64,000 nucleotides of DNA from the sequence record PQ900156.1; one strand, 5' to 3'. A program made the position numbers and the translations under genes. Shown piece after piece: positions 61,579 through 64,000 of the stretch; positions within the stretch are counted from its first letter, which is position 1, and each line of letters starts with the position of its first letter. The notes beneath the pieces were generated by a model that ran no database searches, was not told where the DNA came from, and worked only from the letters and a program-made list of their open reading frames with translations. The DNA is from Escherichia phage vB_EcoP_ShWW44.

Positions 61579-61869
61579 TTGAGAATCTATATGAGAGTCC
61601 ACGACTCTAAAGATGTATACAAAGAGCTAGACCACACTAAAGCTGGTATTCTTTCAGATGACATTATCATCACACATGATGAAGACACCTACCATGAATT
61701 AGCTGGGATGATGCTTTTAGAGAATCATCCAGGCATTAAAATCTTAGAACCAAGAGAAACATACTCTTTAGAAAAACGCCTTTCAGCTCTTGTGTTCTTC
61801 ACAAAATTACCTCATAGTGTCTCCGTCAGGCGAAGCAAAGACAGTGTTCGGATGACGGTGACGATGTGA
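61579..61869 (+). CDS. early protein, hypothetical (96 aa)
   Basis: AAGGAG RBS; track start is TTG at 61579, first ATG at 61591. Confidence 0.5.
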   Translation: MRIYMRVHDSKDVYKELDHTKAGILSDDIIITHDEDTYHELAGMMLLENHPGIKILEPRETYSLEKRLSALVFFTKLPHSVSVRRSKDSVRMTVTM

Positions 61870-62017
61870 TTAGTCATGCCGCCTAGTAGACAGTGGCGGT
61901 ACTCGTAAAGAGTTAATAACTTCTACAGTCAGGGTTGCCCGGCTCCTTTCCTACCTAGTAGGCTAACGATACACATGTATCTAGGGTGATGAACTGACCC
62001 GTGATAGAAAACGGTAA

Positions 62018-62053
62018 GGGGTAGAGTCGAGAGGCTCTACCCCATTTCTTTTT
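62018..62053 (+). terminator. intrinsic terminator in early region
   Basis: GGGGTAGAG-tcgagagg-CTCTACCCC followed by ATTTCTTTTT. Confidence 0.65.
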
Positions 62054-62069
62054 AAGGAGGTATGAAATT

Positions 62070-62468
62070 ATGAGCATCTACGCTTTTGATATTGATATTA
62101 CCGGTGTACTACGCAAGCAAGAACCATATTACCTAGAGGAACCAGAGGTAGTAAGTAAGATGATTACCCCAAGACAATCAGTATTCTTTCCTGATTGCGA
62201 GGAATCACACGAGATTATTGGTTCTTTCTTCTTATCCAACCTGCAACTTAACACTGAGATACTTACTGAACCAAAGGTATATGATCTTACTGAGTATAGC
62301 GACTTCGAAACATTCTTCCCAGGAGTCAGATTCTATAAAGTACCTGGTTGGGAAATGATAGCTGACCATAACGTCTTTAATAAAACACTTTCTATTTACT
62401 TCAGACCTATCCCTAAAGGAAGGAAAATCAATCATGAAATTCATATTGACCGCCCCCAGTTTTATTAA
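62070..62468 (+). CDS. early protein, hypothetical (132 aa)
   Basis: AGGAGG RBS. Confidence 0.6.
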   Translation: MSIYAFDIDITGVLRKQEPYYLEEPEVVSKMITPRQSVFFPDCEESHEIIGSFFLSNLQLNTEILTEPKVYDLTEYSDFETFFPGVRFYKVPGWEMIADHNVFNKTLSIYFRPIPKGRKINHEIHIDRPQFY

Positions 62469-62748
62469 AGGGGAATCCTTGTACACAACAGACTTCACTT
62501 TAGAAGAGGTTATAGATAGCAACCCTCAACATGTAATCCTGGTTCCTACCTTAGAGGACTACCATGAAGTAAGAGGTCAACTCTTCTTAGCAGGGAATGA
62601 CCGTAAGGTTGTGTGTATCATTCCACCGTCTGTCTATATAGACTATCAGGCTTATGATGCTATCCCTTACATGTTGGTATCCGATGGCTACCAGTGGGAA
62701 AGTCGTTATGAGAATGAGGAATACCGTTACTACTATGTAAGGAAGTAA
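62434..62748 (+). CDS. early protein, hypothetical (104 aa)
   Basis: ORF overlapping upstream gene by 35 nt. Confidence 0.5.
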   Translation: MKFILTAPSFIKGESLYTTDFTLEEVIDSNPQHVILVPTLEDYHEVRGQLFLAGNDRKVVCIIPPSVYIDYQAYDAIPYMLVSDGYQWESRYENEEYRYYYVRK

Positions 62749-62751
62749 GCT

Positions 62752-63075
62752 ATGTACCTGTACTCATTAGTTGCACTACGTACTTGTTATTATCCCCATA
62801 CACTAACTGGACAATATTCTGGCAATGGTAAGGTGGAGAGTACTACCATCCTGTATGAGCCAAGTGAAGAAGCAGATGTGTTCATTGGTACTTGCCTGCT
62901 GTTGGGGCAACCTATCAAATTCATTAAGATAGATAGATCCGTAGAAATACCGGAACACACCAGTGTGTACATACTATCTGAGAATGAACCTATGGTAGTT
63001 ACTACCCTTACAGGTAGACTTATTACCCTCTACCCTTCCACCTCATATTTATCTAGCGACGAGTGTGCCCTATGA
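62752..63075 (+). CDS. early protein, hypothetical (107 aa)
   Basis: ORF tightly packed after previous gene. Confidence 0.5.
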   Translation: MYLYSLVALRTCYYPHTLTGQYSGNGKVESTTILYEPSEEADVFIGTCLLLGQPIKFIKIDRSVEIPEHTSVYILSENEPMVVTTLTGRLITLYPSTSYLSSDECAL

Positions 63076-63413
63076 ATAGAGTACTGTACCTTCATCAATA
63101 TACAGATGATGTCTCTGTTTACTCCGAGAATGTCAATAAAGCTATTGATTGGTTACTGCCACAAGACTGTCATATGCTTATGCTATCTGGCGAGTTAGCA
63201 GATAGTACCCGTGGTTCCATCCTTCTACTTAACAGTCTAGCTAAGTTAACCATCCTTAACCCAGGTGAATCCATAGAGATACCTGCAGGTGAATCTGCAT
63301 TTTTGTTCTTTGAACCAAGGATAGAAGAAGGGTTTGTTGGGCTTACTATAGATAGCAGACCTAATAAAGATTTTAAAAGAGTACGTATCATCACCCCAAG
63401 GGTATCTCTATGA
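63063..63413 (+). CDS. early protein, hypothetical (116 aa)
   Basis: ORF overlapping neighbours by a few nt. Confidence 0.5.
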   Translation: MCPMNRVLYLHQYTDDVSVYSENVNKAIDWLLPQDCHMLMLSGELADSTRGSILLLNSLAKLTILNPGESIEIPAGESAFLFFEPRIEEGFVGLTIDSRPNKDFKRVRIITPRVSL

Positions 63414-63739
63414 AACTAAACACATCCCCCTATCCAGTACAGCTAGAAGTAGTATTTGACCAGGATACCTTCATTAAAAAGTACAAGAAACTTAAAGGGT
63501 ATGAGCCAGACTTGGACGATTGTAAGGGGTATACTTCTTACTCTGGAAATCGAGTATTGATCGGTATCTTTAGGGAACCTTTACATACACTCATCCACGA
63601 ACTCAATCATTTCTGTTTATGGGTGTTTGACTACATAGGTATGCCTATAAACTCTGCCAATAGTGAAGCATATTGCTATTACTATGACCATATCTTCTCC
63701 CAGATTCCTTCCTCCTATTTAACTGCTTATAAGGGCTAA
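63410..63739 (+). CDS. small HExxH protein (putative mini zinc-metallopeptidase)
   Basis: LIHELNHFCLW contains HExxH; 109 aa; ATGA overlap with upstream gene. Confidence 0.5.
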   Translation: MKLNTSPYPVQLEVVFDQDTFIKKYKKLKGYEPDLDDCKGYTSYSGNRVLIGIFREPLHTLIHELNHFCLWVFDYIGMPINSANSEAYCYYYDHIFSQIPSSYLTAYKG

Positions 63740-63740
63740 C

Positions 63741-63875
63741 ATGTGGTATGTAACAGTCAAGGGCTTACCTGAACCAGTAATAGTACACAGCCTAGCTTTC
63801 GTAGAAGTTGGTGGACCATTGCTTGTAAACGGTAAGCTGTATGAGGTTTTAGGTATTAAACGCTATGACGAATAA
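63741..63875 (+). CDS. small hypothetical protein (44 aa; below ORF-track cutoff)
   Basis: ATG 2 nt after upstream stop; ends just before hairpin 63876-63893. Confidence 0.3.
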   Translation: MWYVTVKGLPEPVIVHSLAFVEVGGPLLVNGKLYEVLGIKRYDE

Positions 63876-64000
63876 GGGGTAGATAGCTACCCCAACCATC
63901 TTTCATATTAATACCTCAAAGCTATCTGCTTATAGAGATAGTGCCTATAATATTTTTGCATGTCAAAATTGTGATAGCTATGTACAGCCATAGTGGTGTG

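Noticed and set aside
1-64000. Search for CRISPR arrays, integrase, transposase or IS elements
   Set aside because: No regularly spaced direct repeats, no tyrosine/serine recombinase or DDE transposase-like ORF seen; the window looks like a lytic phage genome, not a prophage or island.

Overview
This window reads as a near-complete, circularly permuted genome of an N4-like podophage (Schitoviridae-type architecture). No homology search was possible; all calls rest on motifs read from the translations, gene order and hand folding, so coordinates of small RNA elements may be off by 1-2 nt. Layout: (1) plus-strand middle/replication block 124-25106 (Ig-like decoration protein, MoxR-like AAA ATPase + VWA/HExxH protein, dCTP deaminase, Imm-like membrane protein, ThyX-like, rIIA/rIIB-like, Dda/RecD-like helicase, family-A DNA polymerase, PD-(D/E)xK nuclease, prim-pol primase, RecA-like ATPase, SSB-like, RuvC-like resolvase), with hairpin/T-tract terminators after many genes; (2) a ~1.9 kb protein-poor, highly structured locus 25509-27398 with one probable tRNA and at least four tRNA-like T-arm/acceptor/CCA modules that do not fold into cloverleaves by hand, which is the most unusual thing here; (3) minus-strand late block 28661-61407 led by a ~3600-aa virion RNA polymerase carrying T7-like motifs A/B/C, then virion proteins, major capsid, portal, a lysis cassette (spanin with embedded o-spanin, GH108 endolysin, holin), two pectate-lyase-type tailspikes and large terminase; (4) plus-strand small early genes 61579-63875 including a ~109-aa HExxH protein. 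No CRISPR array, integrase or transposase was seen.
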